From Candidatus Sulfotelmatobacter sp. (GTDB taxonomy: Bacteria; Acidobacteriota; Terriglobia; Terriglobales; Acidobacteriaceae): a DNA stretch of 64,000 bases. The DNA is taken from contig DATBYA010000115.1 of assembly GCA_036514015.1 (NCBI GenBank), forward strand, positions 24,113 through 88,112. Direction: 5' to 3'. A model generated the notes under the pieces. It ran no database searches. It saw only the letters and a list, made by a program, of their open reading frames with translations, and was not told the origin of the DNA. This document shows, piece after piece, positions 1 to 7,624 of this stretch. The translations under genes were made by a program, and so were the position numbers. The first letter of the stretch is position 1, and the number at the start of each line of letters is the position of its first letter.

Positions 1-525
1 TTGCGGCTGCTTCAGTTTCTGTTCCAGTTCCGGCTGTCCCACCAGAACGATCTGCAGCAGCTTCTCGGTAAAGGTCTCCAGATTGGTCAGCATGCGAATC
101 TCTTCTAACACTTCGTCGCTGAGGCTTTGTGCTTCGTCGACGATGAGCACCGCTGTTTCTCCCGCGCGATAGCGATCAAGCAGCCAGTTGTATAGCCGCA
201 GCAATATCTGGCTCTTCAGTTTCGAATCGCTTGGGATGCCGAAATCCGCCATCATGTAATCTAGGAACTGCGGAACGTTCAGCCGCGAGTTGAAGATGAA
301 CGCCGTTGCCACCTGCTGCAGACGCAGCCACTCCAGCAGTTTGTTGATGAGCGTAGTCTTGCCCGTGCCGACTTCGCCGGTAAGCAGCACAAACCCTTTG
401 CGGCTCTGAATTCCATAGGTCAGGCAGGCCAGAGCTTCCTCCGTGTGTCGCGTCAGAAAAAGATAACGCGGGTCGGGATTGACATTGAACGGGTTCGCCC
501 GTAATCCGTAGAACTCTTTGTACAT
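1..525 (-). CDS. ExeA/GspA-like AAA ATPase of the XrtA/PEP-CTERM locus. Only the N-terminal 175 codons are present; the C-terminus lies left of the window.
   Basis: Absent from the ORF track because there is no stop inside the window. My own translation from ATG 525..523 gives MYKEFYGLRANPFNVNPDPRYLFLTRHTEEALACLTYGIQSRKGFVLLTGEVGTGKTTLINKL...AVLIVDEAQSLSDEVLEEIRMLTNLET..LLQIVLVGQPELEQKL. It has Walker A GEVGTGKT and Walker B LIVDEAQ. AGGAA lies 5 nt upstream. It is adjacent to the chain-length determinant. Confidence 0.75.
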   Translation of the reverse strand, partial: MYKEFYGLRANPFNVNPDPRYLFLTRHTEEALACLTYGIQSRKGFVLLTGEVGTGKTTLINKLLEWLRLQQVATAFIFNSRLNVPQFLDYMMADFGIPSDSKLKSQILLRLYNWLLDRYRAGETAVLIVDEAQSLSDEVLEEIRMLTNLETFTEKLLQIVLVGQPELEQKLKQPQ

Positions 526-549
526 AGTGGTTCCTAGAGCCTGCCTCGC

Positions 550-2115
550 TTAAACGCCAATCGTTTCTCTCTGTTCGTCCGGACTCTTGTGCCGATTCCG
601 AAACTTGAACCAGTGGTTCCCGTTTTCCGCGGCGACAGCGCCTACCCACGGAACCGCCGCCAGCAAGGGCAACTCCAGAACTGACTCGGCATCCGCCTCG
701 GTGCGAATGGATTGATCGCGCAATTCCAGCCACATCGCAAGTCCGATTCCGAGTCCCAGCCCAACCCCCAACCCGCCGCCGGCAAACATTAAACGATTGG
801 GAAAACTCGGCGAGTCCGGCACGTTTGCCGGGTTCAGGTTAATCATGCGCTCGCCTTCCGACTGGTTGGTCATATTGACGGTCAAATCGGCCTTGCTCTT
901 GTTGGCCAGCAGGTCTTGATAATTCTTCTGCGCGTTGTCGTAGTCGCGCGTCAGCCCCTTGTACTGTTCTTCGACCGCCGGACTCAGCGACACTCGCCCC
1001 TGGTACGTCGCAATTTCCTGCTGGTACCTTTTCTGGTCGCGCGTGGCCGCCGCGATTAGGTCCGAGTATTGGTGGACCTGCATGCGCAGTTGCCGGATCT
1101 CGGCCGGCTCCATCGCCGAAGCCTTATCGTTGCCGCCCTCGACGGCACCCGACGACGCTTTGTTAATCTCCGCCAGTTTCTTTTTCACTTCCGCAATATC
1201 GGCTTTCGTCTTGATCACATCGGGATGGTCGTCGGTGTAACGAGCCTGTAAACTCAGCAGTTCGGACTGCATATCGGACAACTGTTTTTCCAGTGTGTCG
1301 GGATTGGTTGAGGACTGCGACATCTTCCATGTGGCCAGCTGTTGCGCCAGCACCGATTCGGTGTATGCCTTGTCCTGCTGCGCCCGGTTCAAAGTCTGGG
1401 TATTCGCTTCCAGTTGCGAGTTCAGCCCCATCAGAATCTTCAGGTTGTCCTCTTCGTCTCCCGGAAGCTGTCCCACGTACTGCTTCTTGAAAGCCGCCAG
1501 TTTGGAATCCAGTTCATCCAGATTGCGCTTGGCGTCTTCGATTCCCTTGCTCAACACGTTCGTCGTCCCCGTCGCCCTGTCCTGCATGTAGGTAAGGTTT
1601 TTCTCCAGCAACAGCGAAGTCAAACCGCTGCAGATCTCCTGCGCCTCACGCGGGGTCGAGTCCGTATAGCTCAGCCTGAAAGCGGGCTCCTGCATCCCCT
1701 GGCTGGGCCTTCTTCTGCCCCCGCCCGTCGAGGCAATGTCAGTGGCCACTGCTTCTACGTTGAAAGTCTCGCCTGTGTTGATGCCATCAATCAGCCCATC
1801 GATGCTCTGTTCGCTCTTCGCCGGACCGTAGATCTTCTGCAACATAGGCTTTAAAGCGGCCTGGCTTGTCACCTGGGCGACCAGCGTGTTGATGCGCGCC
1901 GCCAGGTCCTCGGTGGCCACCGGCTGCACCATAGTGTCCGGCACCTTCTGCCCTTCCACCAGGATCGTCGACTGCGAAGTGTACTTCGGGGTGAAGGCAT
2001 AGGAGACCAGAAACCCTGCGAGCGGCGCCAGCAGCGCGGGAATCAGGATCACCTTCGCTCGTCGGCGCAACATCGCCAGATAATCGTCCATGTTTAATTC
2101 GCGATTCTGAATCAT
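550..2115 (-). CDS. Polysaccharide chain-length determinant (Wzz/GumC-type co-polymerase) without a kinase domain
   Basis: 521-aa ORF. N-terminal TM (VILIPALLAPLAGFLVSYAF), long coiled-coil periplasmic middle, C-terminal TM (GGGLGVGLGLGIGLAMWLEL). No Walker motifs of a BY-kinase. Confidence 0.8.
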   Translation of the reverse strand: MIQNRELNMDDYLAMLRRRAKVILIPALLAPLAGFLVSYAFTPKYTSQSTILVEGQKVPDTMVQPVATEDLAARINTLVAQVTSQAALKPMLQKIYGPAKSEQSIDGLIDGINTGETFNVEAVATDIASTGGGRRRPSQGMQEPAFRLSYTDSTPREAQEICSGLTSLLLEKNLTYMQDRATGTTNVLSKGIEDAKRNLDELDSKLAAFKKQYVGQLPGDEEDNLKILMGLNSQLEANTQTLNRAQQDKAYTESVLAQQLATWKMSQSSTNPDTLEKQLSDMQSELLSLQARYTDDHPDVIKTKADIAEVKKKLAEINKASSGAVEGGNDKASAMEPAEIRQLRMQVHQYSDLIAAATRDQKRYQQEIATYQGRVSLSPAVEEQYKGLTRDYDNAQKNYQDLLANKSKADLTVNMTNQSEGERMINLNPANVPDSPSFPNRLMFAGGGLGVGLGLGIGLAMWLELRDQSIRTEADAESVLELPLLAAVPWVGAVAAENGNHWFKFRNRHKSPDEQRETIGV

Positions 2116-2169
2116 GCTCGTATTCCTTCTGGCCGTGTCCCGTCCTTGCGGTTCAGCGCGGCCCTGAAA

Positions 2170-3714
2170 TCAGTCAATCCGGATCGGCCGGGGCGTCCAA
2201 TCCAATCCGAACGTTGCTACATTGCGATTCGAAATGCGGTTACAGGCACTGCCTGCATTACAGAATGATTGGCCAAACGACAGTTCGTTAAACTGGTAGC
2301 TCACGTAAGCGTGGAAGTCTCGCCCCAATGCTCGGTGCAATCCACCGCCGACGAAGGCGTAGTTGTAGGAGCTCGCGTCATTGGCCGGACAGGTCGTCTG
2401 GGAAGTTTGGGGGGCCCCGCACTGGATCAGTTGCTGCTCGGACAGCGGCTGCACCAGGCTGTTGGTCGAAAATCCGACGTCGACGAATGAACTCCACACC
2501 CGCGAAAGCGGACGCGACACGCTCAGGCTCACAATGTTGCTCTCCGCCCCCGCCAGCAGTCCCGACCCGCTGTTTTCGAAGCGCTGAAACTCCAGATCCA
2601 GCGACGCTTTCGGAAATCTGTAGCGCAGACGCCCCTGAGCCGCCACTCCCAGTTTTGTGTTCTTGATGGTCGTGGGAATCAACGTGCCTCCGAAAACCTG
2701 ACAATAGTAGGGCGCAACGATTGACTCGCTACATGTTGCACTTTGGGTGTCGATAAAGGTCAGTTGTGGCCCCACCCCGGCCAGCAAATCCATCCGTCCG
2801 GAAATCCGGTGGCCATACAATCCCTGGATAATGTGGCTATGAAATGCCGTTCCCAGAACCGAGAAATCGAATCCCTGATATTCATAAACCAGGGCCAGCT
2901 GCGTGTGCGAGGTTAAAGATCGGTTGTACCCCAGCTGAGCCGAAATCTGGGAACTCCCGATGAAGGACGTGCCCGTCACGTCAGTTCCGTAAAAATGCAT
3001 GAAAGCGTATCCAGCGGCTGCCGTGATCGCAGATCTCGGGGAAAGACTTTCGGAAACATCCACCAGGCTCAGGTTCAGAACGCGTGGCGCCAGTCCCAAG
3101 TTTCCCAGACTACTGCCTCCCCAGAAACCGCCAAAAGAGTTGGTTCCCAGCGACCCGACGTCCTGCGAACCCAACGAACCGTAGGATCCCCCAAAGTTTC
3201 CTTCCGGCAGATAGCTGAAGCTGTCACGCAGCGACAGTTGTCCCCGCTTCCAAGTAATCTTCTGATCGACACCCAGCTGTTGCAGCGACTGGAAGCCTTG
3301 TCCCGGCAGGTCGTAATAGCCAGCGCCACCAATGTAATCGAGGGCCAAGTCGAAATTGCTCCACAGCCGTTTCAGGGTCACGGTTCCCAGCCCCCGAGTT
3401 ACAGAGGAGACGCCGCTGCCCCCCGGAACACCGCCCGCGTTCGACTCCGCAGATTCACTGAACGTCGCTCCCAATTGCAGGTAACTCAGCGGCGCCGCGT
3501 TCGGCTCGAGCGAGGGCAGGTCCAACCCCGAGAGTGGCGGATTCTCGCTGATCGGAGTGGTCGAATTGTCCTGACCATATGCGGGTACAGGCGGCTGCTG
3601 GGCGCTCTGCGGAGCCTCCCCGGTTGACGGCGGCGTGGAACTGTCTTGAGCCCACGCTCCGCTCAGCGCCAGGGCCATCATGCCAAGAGTCCAGAGGGTC
3701 TGAAGTTTGCTCAT
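2170..3714 (-). CDS. Predicted outer-membrane beta-barrel protein of the EPS/PEP-CTERM locus
   Basis: Signal peptide MSKLQTLWTLGMMALALSGAWAQ, a Pro/Ser-rich linker, then alternating Gly/Tyr/Ser-rich amphipathic strands to the C-terminus. It lies between the Wza-like and Wzz-like genes. Family assignment rests on context only. Confidence 0.55.
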   Translation of the reverse strand: MSKLQTLWTLGMMALALSGAWAQDSSTPPSTGEAPQSAQQPPVPAYGQDNSTTPISENPPLSGLDLPSLEPNAAPLSYLQLGATFSESAESNAGGVPGGSGVSSVTRGLGTVTLKRLWSNFDLALDYIGGAGYYDLPGQGFQSLQQLGVDQKITWKRGQLSLRDSFSYLPEGNFGGSYGSLGSQDVGSLGTNSFGGFWGGSSLGNLGLAPRVLNLSLVDVSESLSPRSAITAAAGYAFMHFYGTDVTGTSFIGSSQISAQLGYNRSLTSHTQLALVYEYQGFDFSVLGTAFHSHIIQGLYGHRISGRMDLLAGVGPQLTFIDTQSATCSESIVAPYYCQVFGGTLIPTTIKNTKLGVAAQGRLRYRFPKASLDLEFQRFENSGSGLLAGAESNIVSLSVSRPLSRVWSSFVDVGFSTNSLVQPLSEQQLIQCGAPQTSQTTCPANDASSYNYAFVGGGLHRALGRDFHAYVSYQFNELSFGQSFCNAGSACNRISNRNVATFGLDWTPRPIRID

Positions 3715-3721
3715 GCGTTCC

Positions 3722-4345
3722 TTACGGGACCACCACTGTATCGCCAGGCTTCAGAATAATGTTCTGTTCGGGATGATTTCCCTTGATCACTTCCTTGTAG
3801 TTGAACGGTATTTTCTCCTGTTTGCCATTCTCAGTCCGCAGCAGGTAGATTCCCTTCAGATTGGCGAATTGGGTGAATCCCGCTTGCGAAAGCGCCTGTA
3901 GCATGGTCATGTGCGGCAGCAAGGACGTCGGGCCGCTGTGCAGAACTTCCCCCGAAACAAAAATGCGCTGGCTGTTCATCGCGGTCACCACCACCGTCAC
4001 TCGCGGGTCGGCAATGAATTTTTTCAGTTTCTCCGTGATCGAATCCTTCAGTTGCAGCGGAGTCAAGCCCGCGGCTGGAATGTCATTCAGCAGCGGCATC
4101 GAGATCTTGCCATCGGGACGCACCGGCAAAATTTCTGAAAGCTCCGCTTCTTTCCAGACCGAAATACGCAGCGTGTCGTCAGCTCCAATCACGTAATCGG
4201 ACGCCGCCGGCGGCTCCTGTGCCGTGGCTGCAGTCTTGTCGCTCTTCGCTTCCTCGCCCTTGGCCAGGTTACCGGTCTGCGCCAACATGGCCGGAGCCAG
4301 CAAACCCATCCCCATCAGCACGACGAACTGAATCGCTTTCTTCAT
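3722..4345 (-). CDS. Polysaccharide export protein (Wza-like; Poly_export plus SLBB)
   Basis: Signal peptide MKKAIQFVVLMGMGLLAPAMLAQ. YVIGADDTLRISVWKEAELS...VRPDGKISMPLLNDIPAAGLTPLQLKDSITEKL...VTVVVTAMNSQRIFVSGEV is typical of the Poly_export domain. Confidence 0.85.
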   Translation of the reverse strand: MKKAIQFVVLMGMGLLAPAMLAQTGNLAKGEEAKSDKTAATAQEPPAASDYVIGADDTLRISVWKEAELSEILPVRPDGKISMPLLNDIPAAGLTPLQLKDSITEKLKKFIADPRVTVVVTAMNSQRIFVSGEVLHSGPTSLLPHMTMLQALSQAGFTQFANLKGIYLLRTENGKQEKIPFNYKEVIKGNHPEQNIILKPGDTVVVP

Positions 4346-4360
4346 ACTCTCTCCGCGGAG

Positions 4361-5401
4361 TTACGAAGCTCCGTATCCTTCAAATCCAATTTGCTTCAAC
4401 TTGTAGAGCAATGCCTTGTAGCTGATCTGCAATTCTTCCGCGGCCCGCCGCCGGTTCCAGCGCGTGCGGGTCAGCGCTTTCAGGATCAGTTCCTTTTCCG
4501 CCTCGCGCGAGGCTGCCCGGGATGCCGCCTTCAGCGAAATTGCGGCGCCATTGCTGCCCGCCTCCGGTCTGCGCAACACCGCCCGCAGTCCTCCCAAGGC
4601 CACTTCCTCATCTCCCAGCGCTACCAGCACCCGCGCAGCATCTTCGAGTTCGCGCAAGTTTCCCGGCCAGGAATAATCCAGGAACAAACGCAGCGTCTGC
4701 GCGCTCAAGTCAGGAACCCGGCGGCGAAAATCGCGCGCGTACTTGCGCAGGAAGTAACCCATCAGGAAGGGAATGTCTTCTTTTCTCTGGCGCAGCGGAG
4801 GCAGGCGTAAACACACGCCGCTGATGCGATAGTAAAGATCCTCTCGCAACCGGCCCCGTTTGACTTCTACTTCCAGATCGCGAGCGCTGCCGCAAATGAG
4901 CCGGACACGTTCGCATCCAGCCGCGCTATACCCGGGAGATTGCGGTAGCGCCTCCAGCAGGCCAGCCTGACACTCCGCATTCAAGTCGGCCAATTCTTCC
5001 AGATAGATCGTGCCCGCAGCCGCTTCCTGTTCTCCGCGCTCGCACAAAATCTCGAGATCCTCGGGCTTCAGGCCTAAACACTGAAACCAGCGAAACGATT
5101 GCTCACTCCGTTGCGACATCTGGTGAATACGTTGCGCCGTGGCATGCTTGCCCGCCCCCGGCTCCGCTAGCACGAGAACCGGTAAGTCTCTCTGCGCCAG
5201 TTCCCGGATCATCGCCTCGACCGGACGCATGCTCGCGCTGACACCTTCCACAAACGCCAGTCCGGCCGGCGTATCGGACGCGCGTCCTCCGCCGCCTTTT
5301 TCACTTTTAGGCAATAACTTATCCACTTTTACCCTATTCCCCACAATCCCTGAGCCCAATCGACAGCTATCCCACGTCGCTAACAGCACGAGGACTGCCA
5401 A
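4361..5401 (-). CDS. Degenerate sigma-54-activator-like protein (AAA+ core plus Fis-type HTH). It lacks the GAFTGA loop and has no input domain.
   Basis: Walker-A-like LVLAEPGAGKH and Walker-B-like IYLEEL. Also REDLYYRISGVCLRLPPLRQRKEDIPFL, WPGNLRELED and the HTH WNRRRAAEELQISYKALLYKLKQIG. The ESELFG..GAFTGA segment present in the three other EBPs of this window is missing. The start codon is uncertain. Confidence 0.7.
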   Translation of the reverse strand: MAVLVLLATWDSCRLGSGIVGNRVKVDKLLPKSEKGGGGRASDTPAGLAFVEGVSASMRPVEAMIRELAQRDLPVLVLAEPGAGKHATAQRIHQMSQRSEQSFRWFQCLGLKPEDLEILCERGEQEAAAGTIYLEELADLNAECQAGLLEALPQSPGYSAAGCERVRLICGSARDLEVEVKRGRLREDLYYRISGVCLRLPPLRQRKEDIPFLMGYFLRKYARDFRRRVPDLSAQTLRLFLDYSWPGNLRELEDAARVLVALGDEEVALGGLRAVLRRPEAGSNGAAISLKAASRAASREAEKELILKALTRTRWNRRRAAEELQISYKALLYKLKQIGFEGYGAS

Positions 5402-5778
5402 TGTGCCCCGGACCCCATTCGAACCAGGGAATCCATTCTACTCCATATTTTCAATAACTTAGAACCAAGAACGACAACCCCATGGGGCCCGGTAGGCAAG
5501 GCAGGAAAGCTCGATCGACCGCCTGCCGAGGATTTGTGGGAAAACTCTTTCACACTTCTCCACACTTATGATTGGCCTTTTTTTGTCCCGGGTCGCGCTA
5601 TCGTCGAAAAGCCTTCCCAGCGTGGGAGGCGGGTTGCCATCGCCGACTGGCAGTTGTCTGTTTCGCCGGCCCCGCTGGGAAGTTCCTGCGTCAGCTGCTG
5701 GAGGATCGCGGAGGATCGGAGTGTGCATTGCACCGGCGCGCGGTTTCGCTTATTCTCGAAGTTCCCCCAACCTTTTCC

Positions 5779-6684
5779 GTGAGCTTGCAAACCGAGCCCT
5801 CGACCGGACCCTCGACCGTGCGCCCGCAGTCCACTATTCGGGGAGCGGTTCCGCTCTGGCAGCTGGGAATTCTGGCGGCCCTTTCTCTCTGGCTCTATTG
5901 GAATACTCTCGCCCACTTGGTAAGCCAGTGGTGGAGCGATCCGAATTTTTCTCATGGATTTTTTGTTCCGGTATTTTCCGCCTTCGTGATCTGGCAGGAG
6001 CGCGATCGCCTCGCCCGCAGCATCCCCCAACCCTCCTGGGCCGGCTTGGGGGTACTGCTGGCGGCTCTCGGGGTGCTCATCGTCGGCCGACTGGGGGCGG
6101 AGCTGTTCCTCGCCCGCTTTTCGCTGCTGCTGGTGCTGGCCGGAGTCGTGATTCTTTTTCTGGGATGGAAACTGTTTCGCGCAGTGCTGTTCCCCTGGGC
6201 CTTCCTGCTCCTCATGATCCCCATCCCCACCATCGTTTTCAACCAGATTACCTTCCCGTTGCAGTTGCTGGCCAGCAGGGTTGCGGCCACGGTGCTCCCG
6301 CTGTTCGGCGTTCCGATCTTGCGCGAAGGCAATGTCATCAATCTGCCGTCCATGGCTCTTGAAGTCGCCGAAGCTTGCAGCGGAATTCGCTCTCTGATGT
6401 CGCTGGTGACGCTGGCCATCATCTACGGCTATTTGATGGAAAAGCGGATCTGGGTCCGCTGGTTGCTCGCTCTGGCCTCGGTGCCCATTGCCGTCGCCGC
6501 CAACAGTATCCGCATCATCGGCACTGGATTACTCGTGCAGTACTGGGACGCCGAGAAGGCGGAAGGTTATTTCCACGCTTCCTGGGGATGGATCATCTTC
6601 GTGGTTTCGCTGCTCATGCTCTACGCTCTGCACGCATTGCTACGATTTTTGTTTCCCGAGAAGGGCGGTCCGCCGTCGTGCTAA
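5779..6684 (+). CDS. xrtA: Exosortase A (EpsH/XrtA)
   Basis: Carries WWSDPNFSHGFFVP, the catalytic-Cys motif EACSGIRSL, VAANSIRIIGTG, and multiple TM helices. The track ORF opens at TTG 5572, but its first ~70 codons are Arg/Pro-rich and non-membrane. In-frame GTG 5779 gives a typical ~300-aa exosortase; TTG 5785 and GTG 5818 are alternatives. The start is uncertain. Confidence 0.85.
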   Translation: MSLQTEPSTGPSTVRPQSTIRGAVPLWQLGILAALSLWLYWNTLAHLVSQWWSDPNFSHGFFVPVFSAFVIWQERDRLARSIPQPSWAGLGVLLAALGVLIVGRLGAELFLARFSLLLVLAGVVILFLGWKLFRAVLFPWAFLLLMIPIPTIVFNQITFPLQLLASRVAATVLPLFGVPILREGNVINLPSMALEVAEACSGIRSLMSLVTLAIIYGYLMEKRIWVRWLLALASVPIAVAANSIRIIGTGLLVQYWDAEKAEGYFHASWGWIIFVVSLLMLYALHALLRFLFPEKGGPPSC

Positions 6685-7334
6685 GAAACTCTACTCTGCG
6701 ATTCATCCTGGCCGCACTGTTGATCGCCGGCGCGGCTATTGTTCTGCAAGCCCGCGCTCGCGGCGAGATCTTTCCGCCTCGTCTTCCCCTGAAACAATTC
6801 CCCGAGCAATTAGAAGGCTGGGTCGGCTCCGACATTGCCATCGACAAGGACGTACTCGCTATCCTCGGGCCCGGGGACTTCCTTCTGCGCCTCTATCAGA
6901 ACCAGAACCAGCAGCAGACCCCTTACATCGACCTGTTCATCGCTTATTTCCCTAGCCAGCGAGCCGGCGACACCATCCACTCGCCGCAGCACTGCCTGCC
7001 CGGATCCGGCTGGTCTCCAGTCGAAAACCAACCCGTTACACTGACCATGCCGGGGCACGCACCCTTTCCCGCCAACCGCTATCTCATCGCAAAAGGGGAC
7101 GCCCGCCAACTCGTTCTTTACTGGTTCTGGGCGCACGATCGCGGCGTCGCCAGCGAGTACTGGGCCAAATTTTACTTGGTCACCGATGCCCTCAAGATGA
7201 ACCGCAGCGACGGCGCACTGGTGCGTATCACCACTCCGCTGTTGCCCGGCGAGACCCCCGATGCGGCGCAGCAGCGCATTCTCCCTTTCACAGACGACGT
7301 GATGCCATTGCTGGATCGCTACATCCCCCGCTAA
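6678..7334 (+). CDS. epsI: EpsI-family exosortase-associated protein
   Basis: GTG 6678 overlaps the xrtA stop (GTGCTAA). One N-terminal TM (LRFILAALLIAGAAIVL), then FIAYFPSQRAGDTIHSPQHCLPGSGW...LVLYWFW, characteristic of EpsI. The upstream part of track ORF 6375..7334 overlaps xrtA out of frame. Confidence 0.8.
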   Translation: MLRNSTLRFILAALLIAGAAIVLQARARGEIFPPRLPLKQFPEQLEGWVGSDIAIDKDVLAILGPGDFLLRLYQNQNQQQTPYIDLFIAYFPSQRAGDTIHSPQHCLPGSGWSPVENQPVTLTMPGHAPFPANRYLIAKGDARQLVLYWFWAHDRGVASEYWAKFYLVTDALKMNRSDGALVRITTPLLPGETPDAAQQRILPFTDDVMPLLDRYIPR

Positions 7335-7624
7335 CACTTTCAGGGCCCGGAACATCCATCCCAGGGACGCCCCATTTCAGTAGCGCGGGTCAAGTGAAAA
7401 CCTTTGAGAACCGTCGCTCAGAACAGCCACCCCCGCTCGGTCGAGCGCAGCTCGAACGCGCCTGCCGGTAGGCACTCGCGATGGACATGATGATATTTCT
7501 GCCGCCTTGGCCCAGGCACTTATGACTCCAGTAACTGTTTTCCGAGGTTACCCTGCAGTATCATGAGATGTTTGCGGATGAATTGTGTCGCATCGTCCCC
7601 GCGTCCGCAGTTGGAGAATCGAAT

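Noticed and set aside
176-733. 185-aa minus-strand ORF spanning the ATPase/Wzz junction.
   Set aside because: It is out of frame with the convincing ExeA-like ATPase (ATG at 525) and overlaps the 3' end of the Wzz-like gene. It has no motifs.
5405-5440. GGTTCGAAT-like T-loop motif (minus strand), which suggested a tRNA.
   Set aside because: The flanking bases do not form a T-stem (CCTGG against GGGGT), and no acceptor or anticodon arms can be drawn.
5572-5778. Upstream 69 codons of the exosortase track ORF, with overlapping ORFs 5568..6362 and 5566..6030.
   Set aside because: The segment is not hydrophobic, is Arg-rich, and lies in the divergent promoter region. Exosortases start shortly before the first TM helix.
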